Source of the DNA: a virus
IMG/VR virus record: IMGVR_UViG_3300031787_000063
Location: 1-64,000 of that record
DNA: 64,000 bases
Direction: 5' to 3' (one strand)
The notes under the pieces were generated by a model, which saw only the letters and a program-made list of their open reading frames with translations, was not told the origin of the DNA and searched no databases. Both the position numbers and the translations under genes were made by a program. Below are positions 40,342 to 50,594 of the stretch, one piece after another; the first letter of the stretch is position 1, and every line of letters begins with the position of its first letter.

Positions 40342-41308
40342 AGCCTAACCTCTTCTTACGTTTATCTATTTCTTTTTGAACTTCGAGTTCTTGTATATCT
40401 TCTAATTGATCTAGCATGATATCTGCTGGAGAAGGACCTCCCGGAATTGCAGAATATTTATCTTCTCTCATCGTTTGTTTTATTTCTTCTGGATCTTTTA
40501 ATTTAGATCGTCTATAAACTTCTGCCGCAGCATCTGATACTCCAGTTGGATCTACCAAAGCGGTCCCTTCTAGTGCGGCTCCTAAAGTATCACCGGATTT
40601 TAAAGATGTATACAACCCAGCCCCTGCCGCCATAGGTCCTAAAATTGATCTCAATCTACCCCATAACGAAGGTTTTACATTTAATTTTTCAGATTGCTTT
40701 AATATTTCTTTTATAGTTTTTTCATCTTGCGGTAATTCTCTAACTTCTCGTATTAATTCCTTAGGTTCATATATATCATCATAATGATGTCCTTTAACAT
40801 AGGATTCTTCGGTAGTTGATTTAAAATCAGGTCTGATTAAATACTCAGATCCATGTTCTAATTCATGTCCAGCATCCGTTATAGCTTTTAATTTTTCAGA
40901 TTCTGTATATGGTTTTTTAATTACCATAAAATCAGGAGCCCGTCGTGATCCTTTTTGATCTGGAAGAGAAGAATAAAATCCAGCATTATTTTTTAATGCT
41001 TCTTTTACTTCTATTCCTCTTTTTGTATAAGCTTCTTTTGGTTCTAATATATATCTTTTTCCCGGTGTTGGATTTTTTTCATATATAGAATTTAAAATAT
41101 CTTCTATGGGACTATCTAGGGATACGCTTGACATTTTTTCATAACGTATAGCTCCTAAAGCTTGATCAATTAGATTAGCCGGATCATATCCCATCTCTCT
41201 TGCTTTTCTGATTAATTCTTCTGATTCCATCAAGGGGTTACTTGTGATGATATTTATCATCTTATTTATTCCAGCCGTATCTGCTTTTTTTAATCTTTTC
41301 TTCGTCAT
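40334..41308 (-). CDS. head-associated protein with HExxH motif
   Basis: GHELEH; ends KRKKRLGYE; ATG at 41308 follows portal stop. Confidence 0.6.
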   Translation of the reverse strand: MTKKRLKKADTAGINKMINIITSNPLMESEELIRKAREMGYDPANLIDQALGAIRYEKMSSVSLDSPIEDILNSIYEKNPTPGKRYILEPKEAYTKRGIEVKEALKNNAGFYSSLPDQKGSRRAPDFMVIKKPYTESEKLKAITDAGHELEHGSEYLIRPDFKSTTEESYVKGHHYDDIYEPKELIREVRELPQDEKTIKEILKQSEKLNVKPSLWGRLRSILGPMAAGAGLYTSLKSGDTLGAALEGTALVDPTGVSDAAAEVYRRSKLKDPEEIKQTMREDKYSAIPGGPSPADIMLDQLEDIQELEVQKEIDKRKKRLGYE

Positions 41309-41309
41309 A

Positions 41310-43334
41310 TTACTCTTGAGGCTCTGCTGGAATTGTGCTTGTTGGTAAATTTTCAAAAGGAGCTGGAGGAGTTGCTGGACTTGGAGTTCCCGGCATTTCT
41401 TGGTTCATAGTTTGTTCTGAACCTTCCATTACTTGCCCTATGGATGATTGATCTTCTGCGTTTTGTGGAGGATTGTTAGCTAAATCTTGACCAGTAGGAG
41501 CTTGTTGTGGAGCTGGAGGAAGTTGCTGTTGATTTGTCATAGTAAGAACAGCAGGATCTGCACTTCGAGCAAGTTCTATGTGTTCTTGAATATGTTGTAA
41601 AATTACAGCAGATTTTTCTTCGTCCATTCTTACATCAATATCATTTAAAATAATTCTATGCCTAAGAATATGTTCTTTATGATCATCAATAATTAATGCA
41701 GGAACTTCTAATCCTTGTAATAGTTTTTCGTTTTCCTGCTGAATTAAATTACTCTGATCTACCGGACTTTCTAACATCCCATCTAGTCTACCAGTATTAA
41801 TTACTTGAGCATATTGCTGAATAGAAAACTCTTCTGGTTTCATTTGCATTAATTGTTCTGCCATCTGAACACGACCAGCGGTTGTTTTTGCAAGAGGATT
41901 TCCTACATCAACAAGAATTCTATTAATATCTGGAATATCCGTACTTTTAAAAGATACTAAGTACTGTTTGTTGTTTACCCCAACAATAGATGCTACTCTT
42001 GGAGCCAATGCATAATCTTGAAGAATTTCTAGAATTGCAACCCCTAAATCTTCAATTAATTGTACATATTGATTTTGAAGACCAGATTGAAACTGAATTG
42101 CCATTGATTGAATTAGAGCTAAAGAGTTTCCTGATCGTAAATTTTGAGCAGGATCTGGAGTACCTCTTGTAACAGAATTTATTCCAGATAACTGTTCCAT
42201 TTTACTTTCTAATGTACTAAGAAAGCTAAATGTTTCTTGGGAAGTTCCTAAAAGATTCAATACCTCTGGTTTTTCTGTACCTTGAATTACATTCAGTCCA
42301 CCGCCAAGATTTGTAATGTCGATGTTTGATCCTGATTTTACAAATAAGTTTTGAGTAGCAAATGCAATATTGTTGGACATTATTGCTGAATAAAGATGAT
42401 TGATACCTTCTTGTAAAGGTAGTAAGTCAAATAAATTAGAATAACCAAAAGCTGTTCCAAGTATTTCATTTGGACTCATTTTAAATACTGGTATTCTCCT
42501 ATATGGTAACATCGAATCATGAATTATGATATCGTGATCTAAAAAAATTAACTCTCTGCCTTTTGGCATAGCATCTGTTTTTTTATGATACATTGTCCAT
42601 ACTTCAACTTCATCAGAATCGTTCTTTTTAAATATTTGCAAAGAATATCTATCTCTAGAATTTTTAGTATCTAAAGCTAGAATTTTATCTTGAAGTTCTG
42701 GATATTTTGCAGCTAAATCAAATTTATTTTTATAGGTACGTACTAAGATCCAATCATGGTTGTTATCTTCTCTATTTACATCAAATACTACATCAAATGG
42801 AGAAATATTGGTAAATCTCAAGTCTCCTTCAAATATCTTTTCTCCAGTTTCCTCATCCTCTTCAATTATTTTACCAGAAGTAGCATCCCATTCTACTTTT
42901 ACATATCCAGATCCTAAAACCACACTCAATTCAACGGCTTTATTGATATATCTTTCTAATCTTTTTTCTCTCATGTAGTAATCTAAAAGACCATTAGCAA
43001 GAGTAACTTGAGCACTTGATTTGTAATCCGCATTAGCAGCCCTAGCTTCCATCGAAGGTCTACTAGAAGTTGTCATAACATACATGTGCTGAGCTAAGTT
43101 TCTAATATGGTTAACTGGAAGTTGGGCAAGTTCTCCTTGCTCTCCTCCAAAAGTAATGGCATGTCCTGATGTCATATCTGTAAAATATGCACCATGATAT
43201 GCTGCCCAGCATGTTTTTAATTTTTCTAAATATCCATTTACAGTGAGAGTATTTTTCCAATCTGTAGCTTTTTCTAGCAAAACAGATGCGGTTTCCTTAC
43301 CTTCTCTAGCTGCAAAATATGTTTGTTTAGTCAT
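41310..43334 (-). CDS. portal protein (P22-like)
   Basis: 674 aa after terminase; G.GYVKVEWD, ISPFDV.FD, SGIN.V.RG, long disordered C-tail. Confidence 0.85.
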   Translation of the reverse strand: MTKQTYFAAREGKETASVLLEKATDWKNTLTVNGYLEKLKTCWAAYHGAYFTDMTSGHAITFGGEQGELAQLPVNHIRNLAQHMYVMTTSSRPSMEARAANADYKSSAQVTLANGLLDYYMREKRLERYINKAVELSVVLGSGYVKVEWDATSGKIIEEDEETGEKIFEGDLRFTNISPFDVVFDVNREDNNHDWILVRTYKNKFDLAAKYPELQDKILALDTKNSRDRYSLQIFKKNDSDEVEVWTMYHKKTDAMPKGRELIFLDHDIIIHDSMLPYRRIPVFKMSPNEILGTAFGYSNLFDLLPLQEGINHLYSAIMSNNIAFATQNLFVKSGSNIDITNLGGGLNVIQGTEKPEVLNLLGTSQETFSFLSTLESKMEQLSGINSVTRGTPDPAQNLRSGNSLALIQSMAIQFQSGLQNQYVQLIEDLGVAILEILQDYALAPRVASIVGVNNKQYLVSFKSTDIPDINRILVDVGNPLAKTTAGRVQMAEQLMQMKPEEFSIQQYAQVINTGRLDGMLESPVDQSNLIQQENEKLLQGLEVPALIIDDHKEHILRHRIILNDIDVRMDEEKSAVILQHIQEHIELARSADPAVLTMTNQQQLPPAPQQAPTGQDLANNPPQNAEDQSSIGQVMEGSEQTMNQEMPGTPSPATPPAPFENLPTSTIPAEPQE

Positions 43335-43356
43335 TAAAACCTCTAATATTATTTGT

Positions 43357-44793
43357 TTAATTCTTTTTAAAGCTGAACATTTTAATTAAGTGTTCCTCAA
43401 ATCTTGTTTTTTCGGTATCATGCAATCTAAAACTGCCATCTCCGTATGTCATTCCATATCCTTTAGGGTATGGATTACGTGTATACGATATGTTACGCAC
43501 TAAATATGCTAAGGCATCAATCAAATCGTAATGTCCTCCATCTAAGGATCTCTCGTACTCTGTCTTAGTTTTATTCCAAGTTGCGTTTTTTAAATGAAAA
43601 ATCAATTGTTTACACTTTGGATTAATTATAATTCTTTCTTCTGCTATTAAAATTCGTATTTGGTTAATCCATGCATGTTTGTTATCCTTAGCAGTTGGAA
43701 TAAAAGTTATACCATAGTCAATTCCAAGGTCATTCAATAAAATCAAGTTGTTATTATCAGACACCCTTAAGAATGGTCTTTTAAGACCCCACAACTCCTC
43801 TTCCGTTTTTTTTACAGAGGCGGCTAAGTTAGCAGTAGTAAAAGATTTTCCTCTGAAAGTAGCCTCATCTTCTATTACTATTTTCCCCGTAAGGAAATCA
43901 TAATAAGCATATAATACACCAGTTAAGTCCTTAACTCCAATATCCATAGAAACATAAGAATCGTAATAGGGAGGTCTTTGGTAGTTTTTTACTATTCGTG
44001 CTAATGACTCATCGTTAGCTTCTGGAATTACTGCATGATCTTCATCAGTGATCATTATATTTAAATATTCTCTTTTGAAGTCTACTGAATCATACCCTCC
44101 AACTTCTTCAGCAAATCCATCAATATCTTCTTTTGTGTATCTTGGACATTGATAAATATCTCTTTTAATTAAGGTTTCTTTATATTCAGATTGTTTTACA
44201 ATATCCCAAAACTCATGACCCTGTGATCTTGGAAGAGTTGAGATAAGTATCATCGGTCCTCTAGTAGTGTTTAGTTTAGGATAAAGAACCGATCTAAGAC
44301 CGTATTTTAAATTAGTCATAAAGCCGCACTCATCCACTATGATCATGTGAGCTTTTGGACCCCTTGCTGACTCTATTTCTTCAGCATTAAATCCGTAAAG
44401 TTCTAACTTACTTTTTGTTGTAGGAAATACGTAAGATGATGAATCTCTATCGAATTTAGGTCTTATGTCTTGAGGAGCTGATTTAAATATTTCGTCAAAA
44501 GTAGCCTTAACAATTTTTTTACCTTGTTTTAATCTAGGTGCTACATAGCATATTGTTATATTTTTACGTGTTAACAGTTCTTCCACAGCCATGCCTAAAG
44601 CACCGTAGCTTTTACCAGACTGTCGAGAAAACACCGCAACGTGGGTTTTTCTTTTTATAGTTCGTACTTGATCTCTTAATACTTTTTGATTTGCATCCAA
44701 AAGAAAATCGGTGATCTTACCTTTTCTCCAGAGGATTTCTCTTGCTTGTTGAGGAGTTATATCTAGTGGAAGATTATTGTTCGCTTGTGTCAT
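43357..44793 (-). CDS. terL: terminase large subunit
   Basis: SRQSGKS Walker A, IIVDECG Walker B, LIST coupling motif, SMDIG and HYDLIDAL nuclease motifs. Confidence 0.92.
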   Translation of the reverse strand: MTQANNNLPLDITPQQAREILWRKGKITDFLLDANQKVLRDQVRTIKRKTHVAVFSRQSGKSYGALGMAVEELLTRKNITICYVAPRLKQGKKIVKATFDEIFKSAPQDIRPKFDRDSSSYVFPTTKSKLELYGFNAEEIESARGPKAHMIIVDECGFMTNLKYGLRSVLYPKLNTTRGPMILISTLPRSQGHEFWDIVKQSEYKETLIKRDIYQCPRYTKEDIDGFAEEVGGYDSVDFKREYLNIMITDEDHAVIPEANDESLARIVKNYQRPPYYDSYVSMDIGVKDLTGVLYAYYDFLTGKIVIEDEATFRGKSFTTANLAASVKKTEEELWGLKRPFLRVSDNNNLILLNDLGIDYGITFIPTAKDNKHAWINQIRILIAEERIIINPKCKQLIFHLKNATWNKTKTEYERSLDGGHYDLIDALAYLVRNISYTRNPYPKGYGMTYGDGSFRLHDTEKTRFEEHLIKMFSFKKN

Positions 44794-45193
44794 CTACAAC
44801 CTGCATGGCGAGTTGCAGCAATTGCTCATTATCCAGCGTAACTTTTGAAGATTTTTTAGACTTAGATTCCTCTAATGTCTTTCCTCGGATAAGCATTAAA
44901 GATTTAACATAAATTTCAAATGCTTTTACTTGGTTAAATTCTAGAGGCGAGACTTTTGCTGCTTGATATAATCTGCTAATCTCTAACTTACAAAGTTCTT
45001 CTTCATTAGAACCAACCGCTATTGTGCTGCTAGAAAATTTAGCTAACTCTTCTAAGTGACGCAGTTTATCTTTAGTAGCGTCTAACTCTTTTTGAAGTTT
45101 TAAATTAGTTTGAGTGAGCTTTTCTCCATATTTTTTAAGTTCTTCATTTTGAGTTAATAGATCCCTTACTTCCTCTGCTGGTATTATCTTCAT
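44774..45193 (-). CDS. putative terminase small subunit
   Basis: Size and position immediately upstream of terL. Confidence 0.45.
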   Translation of the reverse strand: MKIIPAEEVRDLLTQNEELKKYGEKLTQTNLKLQKELDATKDKLRHLEELAKFSSSTIAVGSNEEELCKLEISRLYQAAKVSPLEFNQVKAFEIYVKSLMLIRGKTLEESKSKKSSKVTLDNEQLLQLAMQVVDDTSEQ

Positions 45194-45196
45194 TTA

Positions 45197-45472
45197 CTAC
45201 CTCTTAGCAGTTAGATTCATGGCGGCTTTCAATCCATCCGAAGATACCTTAACTCTGTTAAGTTCATCTATGATATGTTGAACTTTAACATCCTGAGCCT
45301 CTATTCTTACAAGTGCTTGAGCTTCTAACTTCTTGGAATCAATATATTGCTTTGCAAGTATAAATCCAAGAACTCCTACTAAACATATAGCGTCAGCATA
45401 ACCTGCTGAAAATGCTATAATTCTAAGCACAAAAAGAGATACTAAAATGAGCATAAAATCTATTTTTCTCAT
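45197..45472 (-). CDS. membrane protein
   Basis: Two N-terminal TM segments. Confidence 0.6.
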   Translation of the reverse strand: MRKIDFMLILVSLFVLRIIAFSAGYADAICLVGVLGFILAKQYIDSKKLEAQALVRIEAQDVKVQHIIDELNRVKVSSDGLKAAMNLTAKR

Positions 45473-45567
45473 TAAACTTTCCTATGTTAAAAAAAGAGAC
45501 TTTGTGTTAATCGCTTGTAAAATATTTTATTCCAGAAGGAACAATCGAACTTACATTGTCTCAGTTA

Positions 45568-45577
45568 TATTTGTTAT
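45568..45577 (-). promoter_or_regulatory. putative late promoter heading the virion operon
   Basis: Exact ATAACAAATA on the minus strand. Confidence 0.65.
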
Positions 45578-45803
45578 TATGCATAACCAAAAAATAATTT
45601 GGAGATCTTTTAAAATCGAGGTATATAATATTACTATACCGTACACGCAATTTTCGCAGTGAGTTTTAAACGAACTGCGATACGAATACTAGTATAACTC
45701 AATAGTATACTAATTAGGCTATAATTTTATGTAATTATTTTGACTTGGCAGATTACTAAGTATTTAAAAACATTGGTGACGCATTGCATTTTCTATGTAA
45801 CTA

Positions 45804-45813
45804 ATAACAAATG
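45804..45813 (+). promoter_or_regulatory. putative late promoter for endolysin
   Basis: ATAACAAATG upstream of GGAGG SD and ATG 45833. Confidence 0.6.
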
Positions 45814-45832
45814 TATGCATGGAGGTTACTTT

Positions 45833-46234
45833 ATGATAACATTTAAAAAATCAGAAAAAAAGAAGTTTGGTAAATATTTTTCATCAAAAGAATTTGTTTG
45901 CTCTTGCGGTAAATGCAAGGATCAGTTTATTTCTCCTAAATTAATAGAGAAATTAGATCAAGTAAGAGAACAATTTGGAAAGCCTATAAAAGTAACGTCT
46001 GGGTACAGATGTCCACAGCATAATATTGCTATAGGTGGAAAAAATAATAGTTCCCATGTATCTGGATTAGCGGCAGACATTCAGCCAGCAGTTCTTAACC
46101 TAGATGATTTGGATCTTTTGTATGAGATATGCTATCATATATTTGATAATATAGGTGATGGTAGAGTTAAAAACTTTGTTCACGTAGATGTTAGGGAAGC
46201 TAAAAAAACTGGAAAAAGGCATTGGCTCTATTGA
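45833..46234 (+). CDS. endolysin, peptidase M15A family
   Basis: KYFSSKEFVCSCG, SGYRC..HN..IGG...SSH..GLAADI, FVHVD. Confidence 0.9.
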   Translation: MITFKKSEKKKFGKYFSSKEFVCSCGKCKDQFISPKLIEKLDQVREQFGKPIKVTSGYRCPQHNIAIGGKNNSSHVSGLAADIQPAVLNLDDLDLLYEICYHIFDNIGDGRVKNFVHVDVREAKKTGKRHWLY

Positions 46235-46512
46235 TGGATAAAAAAATAGGAAAAATAAACAGACTTTCTAAAAAAGTATCCAAAAAAGTTGGTTTGAATT
46301 ATTATGACGTAGATGCTATACTAAAGGTAGCAACTTATGAAATAATTGAGACTCTTAAAAATTCTCAAAAATTTTATTGGGAAGGATTGGGAGTTTTTTA
46401 TTTGTCGATAAATGACAAAGGATTATCCGTAAGAATAAAGTTAAGCGAAGAACCTTATAACAGACTAAACGAAAAATCAGAGGAGAAGTCTGATGAAATT
46501 ATTTTTGAATAA
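46222..46512 (+). CDS. HU/IHF-like DNA-binding protein
   Basis: GL....VDAIL.....IIETLK.......GLGVF pattern. Confidence 0.55.
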   Translation: MALLMDKKIGKINRLSKKVSKKVGLNYYDVDAILKVATYEIIETLKNSQKFYWEGLGVFYLSINDKGLSVRIKLSEEPYNRLNEKSEEKSDEIIFE

Positions 46513-46864
46513 TTCCCAAAGATCGTATCTTTTGGAAGTTTTTAAAGCATCTGAAAATAACGCTATAAATGGAAAAGACGCTGAATTAGCTGCTGCTTTT
46601 AGTGAGCTTTATGAAAAAATAAAGCCAACAAATGTAGCTTATTATAATTTAAATAGAAATGAAGCTGATATTATTGTAGAGTTTTGCGACATAGTATCCC
46701 ATTCCTTAACTAAGGCTATAAATTTCTTAAATAAAGACACTGAAAGACCTAGAGATGAAGTTGAAGATCTTTTAGATAAAGCAGAAAAAGCGAAAAAAGA
46801 AATAGAAGACGTATCTCAAGATTTAAGAAATAAAATCAAAGCTAATCCAGTAAAGGAAGAATAA
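46493..46864 (+). CDS. hypothetical protein
   Basis: GAGGAG SD. Confidence 0.65.
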   Translation: MKLFLNNSQRSYLLEVFKASENNAINGKDAELAAAFSELYEKIKPTNVAYYNLNRNEADIIVEFCDIVSHSLTKAINFLNKDTERPRDEVEDLLDKAEKAKKEIEDVSQDLRNKIKANPVKEE

Positions 46865-47886
46865 TGAATTTTGAAAAATTGCTTGGAATGGTAGATGAGC
46901 AAGTTGGAGAAGAGATAGAAAAAGACTGTAAGGAACAGATATGGTTTAAATTTGAAACACCCTCTGGAGTTTTTTATAGTCCATTTACTAAAAGTAAAAG
47001 TACTTTGACATATTTTAGCGGTCCTGAAGTTATGTCTAGTGAATTAAAAAATGCAGATCACTACGATGTTTTAACTGAAAATCTCGCAGAAGTTTACAAA
47101 CCAAATCAACCTAGTAGCCAAGCTCAAGAAATTCCAAATGGCATATATTCTCACGAATATGGAAACTCTGGATCTCCAGAACGTCTAGTACCTTTTGACA
47201 TACGGGAAGATAACTATATAGAACTCATGGAAAGTCTCAAAGAATTAGATTCTTCTATTGAAGACTTTGTAAATAATAGATCTTTATATGAAGATTCTTG
47301 TACTTCTTATAAATTGGGAGTTTTGCTGTTCGGTCCTCCGGGAACAGGTAAAACTAGCTACATGAGAAAACTTATAAGAAAAAAAGAAGCAATAGTTATA
47401 TTTATGGATGGAGTTCCAACTAGAAAGTTTCTAGAAAAATTAGAACAATCTACAAAAAATAGACTTAAGATTATAGTGTTTGAAGAGGCAGTATCTCTTT
47501 TAGAATCCTCAGAAGATATTAGAGAAATGCTAGATTTTCTGGACGGAGCTAGATCAGTATCAAATGCAATCTATTTTCTTTCAACCAACTATCCAGATTC
47601 TATTCCAGAAAATGTAATCAGAAATGGAAGAATAGATGTTTTTGTTAAAGTAGATTACCCTAATATATCAGCTAGAAAAAAATTAATTAATCTTTATCTA
47701 AAAAGAGAAGCCTCTGCTGAAGAACTAAAGTCTACAGAAAATATGCCAATTGTAGATATTCGAGAAATTTGTTTTATTCATAAAAAAACAGATAAATCCT
47801 TCGAAGATTGTGTTAAAATAGTAGAAGAAAAAAACAAAATGATAAAAAAACATTTTGGTCGTGCTAAAGAAATTAGACTAGCCTAA
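46864..47886 (+). CDS. AAA+ ATPase
   Basis: GVLLFGPPGTGKT, IVFEE, LDFLDG, STNYP, RNGRID. Confidence 0.9.
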   Translation: MNFEKLLGMVDEQVGEEIEKDCKEQIWFKFETPSGVFYSPFTKSKSTLTYFSGPEVMSSELKNADHYDVLTENLAEVYKPNQPSSQAQEIPNGIYSHEYGNSGSPERLVPFDIREDNYIELMESLKELDSSIEDFVNNRSLYEDSCTSYKLGVLLFGPPGTGKTSYMRKLIRKKEAIVIFMDGVPTRKFLEKLEQSTKNRLKIIVFEEAVSLLESSEDIREMLDFLDGARSVSNAIYFLSTNYPDSIPENVIRNGRIDVFVKVDYPNISARKKLINLYLKREASAEELKSTENMPIVDIREICFIHKKTDKSFEDCVKIVEEKNKMIKKHFGRAKEIRLA

Positions 47887-47899
47887 ATATCGGAGGAAA

Positions 47900-49756
47900 T
47901 TGATGAACAAATCAAATCGTTTGTTAAGCGAAATCGTTGCCTACAGAACTTATGCGAAACATTTGAACGCTTTCAATCGAAGAGAAAGTTTAGAGGAAAC
48001 TCTAAATAGAAACTTAACTATGTATTTGGAAAAATATCCAAAACTTAGTAGAGATATTATTAAAGCATTTAAGCAAGTTCATGATTTTAATGTAATGCCA
48101 TCTATGCGTTCTCTGCAATTTGGCGGAGAAGCTATTTTTAGAAACAATGTACGATTATTTAACTGTTCTTTTGCTAACATAACTTATCCAAGAATTTTTG
48201 CAGAAGCATTGTTTCTTCTTTTATCTGGAACTGGATTTGGTTATTCTGTCCAAAAACATCATATTGAACAATTGCCTCTTCTCAGAAAGCCTAAAGAAGA
48301 GGGAATTTATGTAGTGCATGATTCTATTGAAGGATGGGCGGAAGCTCTCAATCAGCTTATGTCTGCTTATTTTTATGGAGCAATACGTCCTATTTTTGAT
48401 TTTAGTAAAGTAAGACAGAAAGGATCTTATTTAGTTACTACAGGTGCAAAAGCACCGGGACCAGAACCTCTGAAAAAAATGTTGGAAAAAGTAGAGGAAC
48501 TTCTTGTAAAGTCTTTAGGTAGAAGATTAAATTCTCTAGAAGTTCATGATATCGTGTGCATGATAGCAGATTGTGTACTATCTGGAGGTATTCGTAGAGC
48601 TGCTCTAATTTCTCTATTTGATAGAACTGATACTGCAATGTTAACGTGTAAACACGGATCTTGGTGGGAAAAGCATCCTCACAGAGCAAGAGCAAACAAC
48701 TCCGCAGTTCTTCCTCGACACGAAACAACTTTTGAGGAGTTTAAAAATGTATACGATATGTGTATTGCTTCTAATGCTGGAGAACCCGGATTTTTTTGGA
48801 CAAATGATTTGGAATGGGGAACTAATCCGTGTGCTGAGATTGGTCTTCAATCAAACCAGTTTTGCAACCTCACAACAACTAATCTTACTGGAATAAAAAA
48901 TGAAAAGGACTTTAACAATCGTGTATATGCAGCCGCATTGCTTGGAACTCTCCAAGCTGGCTTCACTGATTTTCCTTATCTTTCTCAGAAATGGAAAGAT
49001 GTCACGGATAAAGAGGCACTTATTGGCTGCTCTTTCACCGGGATTGCCGACTCATCGAATCTCACTGGAGAACAACTTCAAGCTGCAGCTAGAACAGTAC
49101 TCGAAGTCAACGAAAAATACGCAAAAAAAATTGGAATCAATGTCGCTTCCAGAACTACTGCTATCAAGCCTGAAGGCACGGCTTCCTGCGTTCTTGGGTC
49201 TAGTTCGGGAATCCACGCTCGTCACAATGACTATTACTTACGTAGAGTAAGAATGAATAAAGACGATGAACTTGCTAGGTATCTCAGTAGAGTAGTGCCA
49301 GAATTAGTAGAAGATGATATATTCTCTCCATCCGGAGTTGTAGTTACTATTCCACAAGAGTCTCCAGAAGGAGCTATTACTAGACATCAAGAAAGTGCAG
49401 ACGCTTTGTTTGAACGAGTAAAGCACTACTACAATAATTGGGTAGTGCCGGGACACAGATCTGGAGCTAATACTCACAATATTAGTTGTACTATTAATTA
49501 TAAACCAGAAGAAGTCCCATTTCTTTTTAATAAGCTATGGGAAGACAGATTTCAATATGCAGCAGTAAGTCTACTTCCTTTTTCTGATGCCATTTATCAA
49601 CAAGCTCCATTTGAAGATTGTACAAAAGAAACTTTTCAAAAATATAATGAAATGGTAAAAGAAATTGATTTGATGAAAGTTTTAGAATTGGAAGACAATA
49701 CTAATAGGGCTGAGCAACTAGCTTGTTCTGGCGGTGTTTGTGAATTAACTTTTTAA
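47900..49756 (+). CDS. nrdJ: class II (B12-dependent) ribonucleotide reductase
   Basis: FNCSF, GGIRRAALI, EPG, TNPCAEI, KPEGT, C-terminal ACSGGVCE; no nrdB nearby. Confidence 0.9.
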   Translation: MMNKSNRLLSEIVAYRTYAKHLNAFNRRESLEETLNRNLTMYLEKYPKLSRDIIKAFKQVHDFNVMPSMRSLQFGGEAIFRNNVRLFNCSFANITYPRIFAEALFLLLSGTGFGYSVQKHHIEQLPLLRKPKEEGIYVVHDSIEGWAEALNQLMSAYFYGAIRPIFDFSKVRQKGSYLVTTGAKAPGPEPLKKMLEKVEELLVKSLGRRLNSLEVHDIVCMIADCVLSGGIRRAALISLFDRTDTAMLTCKHGSWWEKHPHRARANNSAVLPRHETTFEEFKNVYDMCIASNAGEPGFFWTNDLEWGTNPCAEIGLQSNQFCNLTTTNLTGIKNEKDFNNRVYAAALLGTLQAGFTDFPYLSQKWKDVTDKEALIGCSFTGIADSSNLTGEQLQAAARTVLEVNEKYAKKIGINVASRTTAIKPEGTASCVLGSSSGIHARHNDYYLRRVRMNKDDELARYLSRVVPELVEDDIFSPSGVVVTIPQESPEGAITRHQESADALFERVKHYYNNWVVPGHRSGANTHNISCTINYKPEEVPFLFNKLWEDRFQYAAVSLLPFSDAIYQQAPFEDCTKETFQKYNEMVKEIDLMKVLELEDNTNRAEQLACSGGVCELTF

Positions 49757-49772
49757 ACTAAAAAGAGGATTT

Positions 49773-50030
49773 ATGATTACTAAAAAATCTGCAATAAAAA
49801 TGACAAGATACGCAGAACAAGTAGTTCATAAGTCCTCTTCTGCTATAAACGAGCAAATTCAACTGCATGCTATGATTGGAATGTCAGAAATGGAAATTTT
49901 TGTAGATAAAAAAACTGCCAAAAAAATCATAAACTCTCTGGAAAAAAAAGGCTATTATACTAGAATTACAGAGTTTTCAGCATTGGAAAATGATTGCAGA
50001 CTTTATGTATCTTGGATGTCCAGTATCTGA
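49773..50030 (+). CDS. hypothetical protein
   Basis: LEKKGY...LYVSW. Confidence 0.6.
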   Translation: MITKKSAIKMTRYAEQVVHKSSSAINEQIQLHAMIGMSEMEIFVDKKTAKKIINSLEKKGYYTRITEFSALENDCRLYVSWMSSI

Positions 50031-50203
50031 TCTTTTTTCTTTTTCTCCCTACTGAGTTTCATTCTTTCTCTATTATAAATCCTGTAACAATCTGGACAAA
50101 CTTTACCATTCCAAAGTTGACCTGATTCATCTACAAATCTTGTAACACTTCCTCTAGATTCTGGAATTTTAGGTTTATCTTCATTGCAAATTTTACATTT
50201 CAT
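50003..50203 (-). CDS. small Zn-finger protein on the antisense strand
   Basis: CKIC...CPDC; AGGAG SD; late motif at 50222-50231. Confidence 0.7.
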   Translation of the reverse strand: MKCKICNEDKPKIPESRGSVTRFVDESGQLWNGKVCPDCYRIYNRERMKLSREKKKKDQILDIQDT

Positions 50204-50249
50204 ATTTGTAACTCCTATGTACATTTGTTATACTAGGATTGGAGGACTT

Positions 50250-50594
50250 ATGAATTCGATAATACGATTTCCACAAAGATTAAAATATTCTAAAATCAAT
50301 CCCTTAGAAGATTTTTATAGTAAGTGTTTAATTTCTATAAATAAAGATCCTAATTTATCTGGGGTTCAAGTTTGGGCTTTTAGCGTCAATAAAAAAGATT
50401 ACAAAAAACTTACAAATTTAGTAAAAAAACATGTCAAAAAACAATATCCATTCCTTTCTTATAAAGAAGTTAAATTTAATGTTGGGTTTATAATGCTAGA
50501 CATAGGACCAAGAGTGGCTGAAATTCCTGAGGGATTTGTGGAAATTAATAAGGAGGAACTGTATGAAACTAGAAACAATGAAAGTAAGAAGTAA
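50250..50594 (+). CDS. hypothetical protein
   Basis: GGAGG SD; TGtTATACT upstream. Confidence 0.65.
   Translation: MNSIIRFPQRLKYSKINPLEDFYSKCLISINKDPNLSGVQVWAFSVNKKDYKKLTNLVKKHVKKQYPFLSYKEVKFNVGFIMLDIGPRVAEIPEGFVEINKEELYETRNNESKK

Noticed and set aside
1496-49756. Inteins or introns in polA, terL or nrdJ
   Set aside because: Lengths and motif spacing are normal with no insertions
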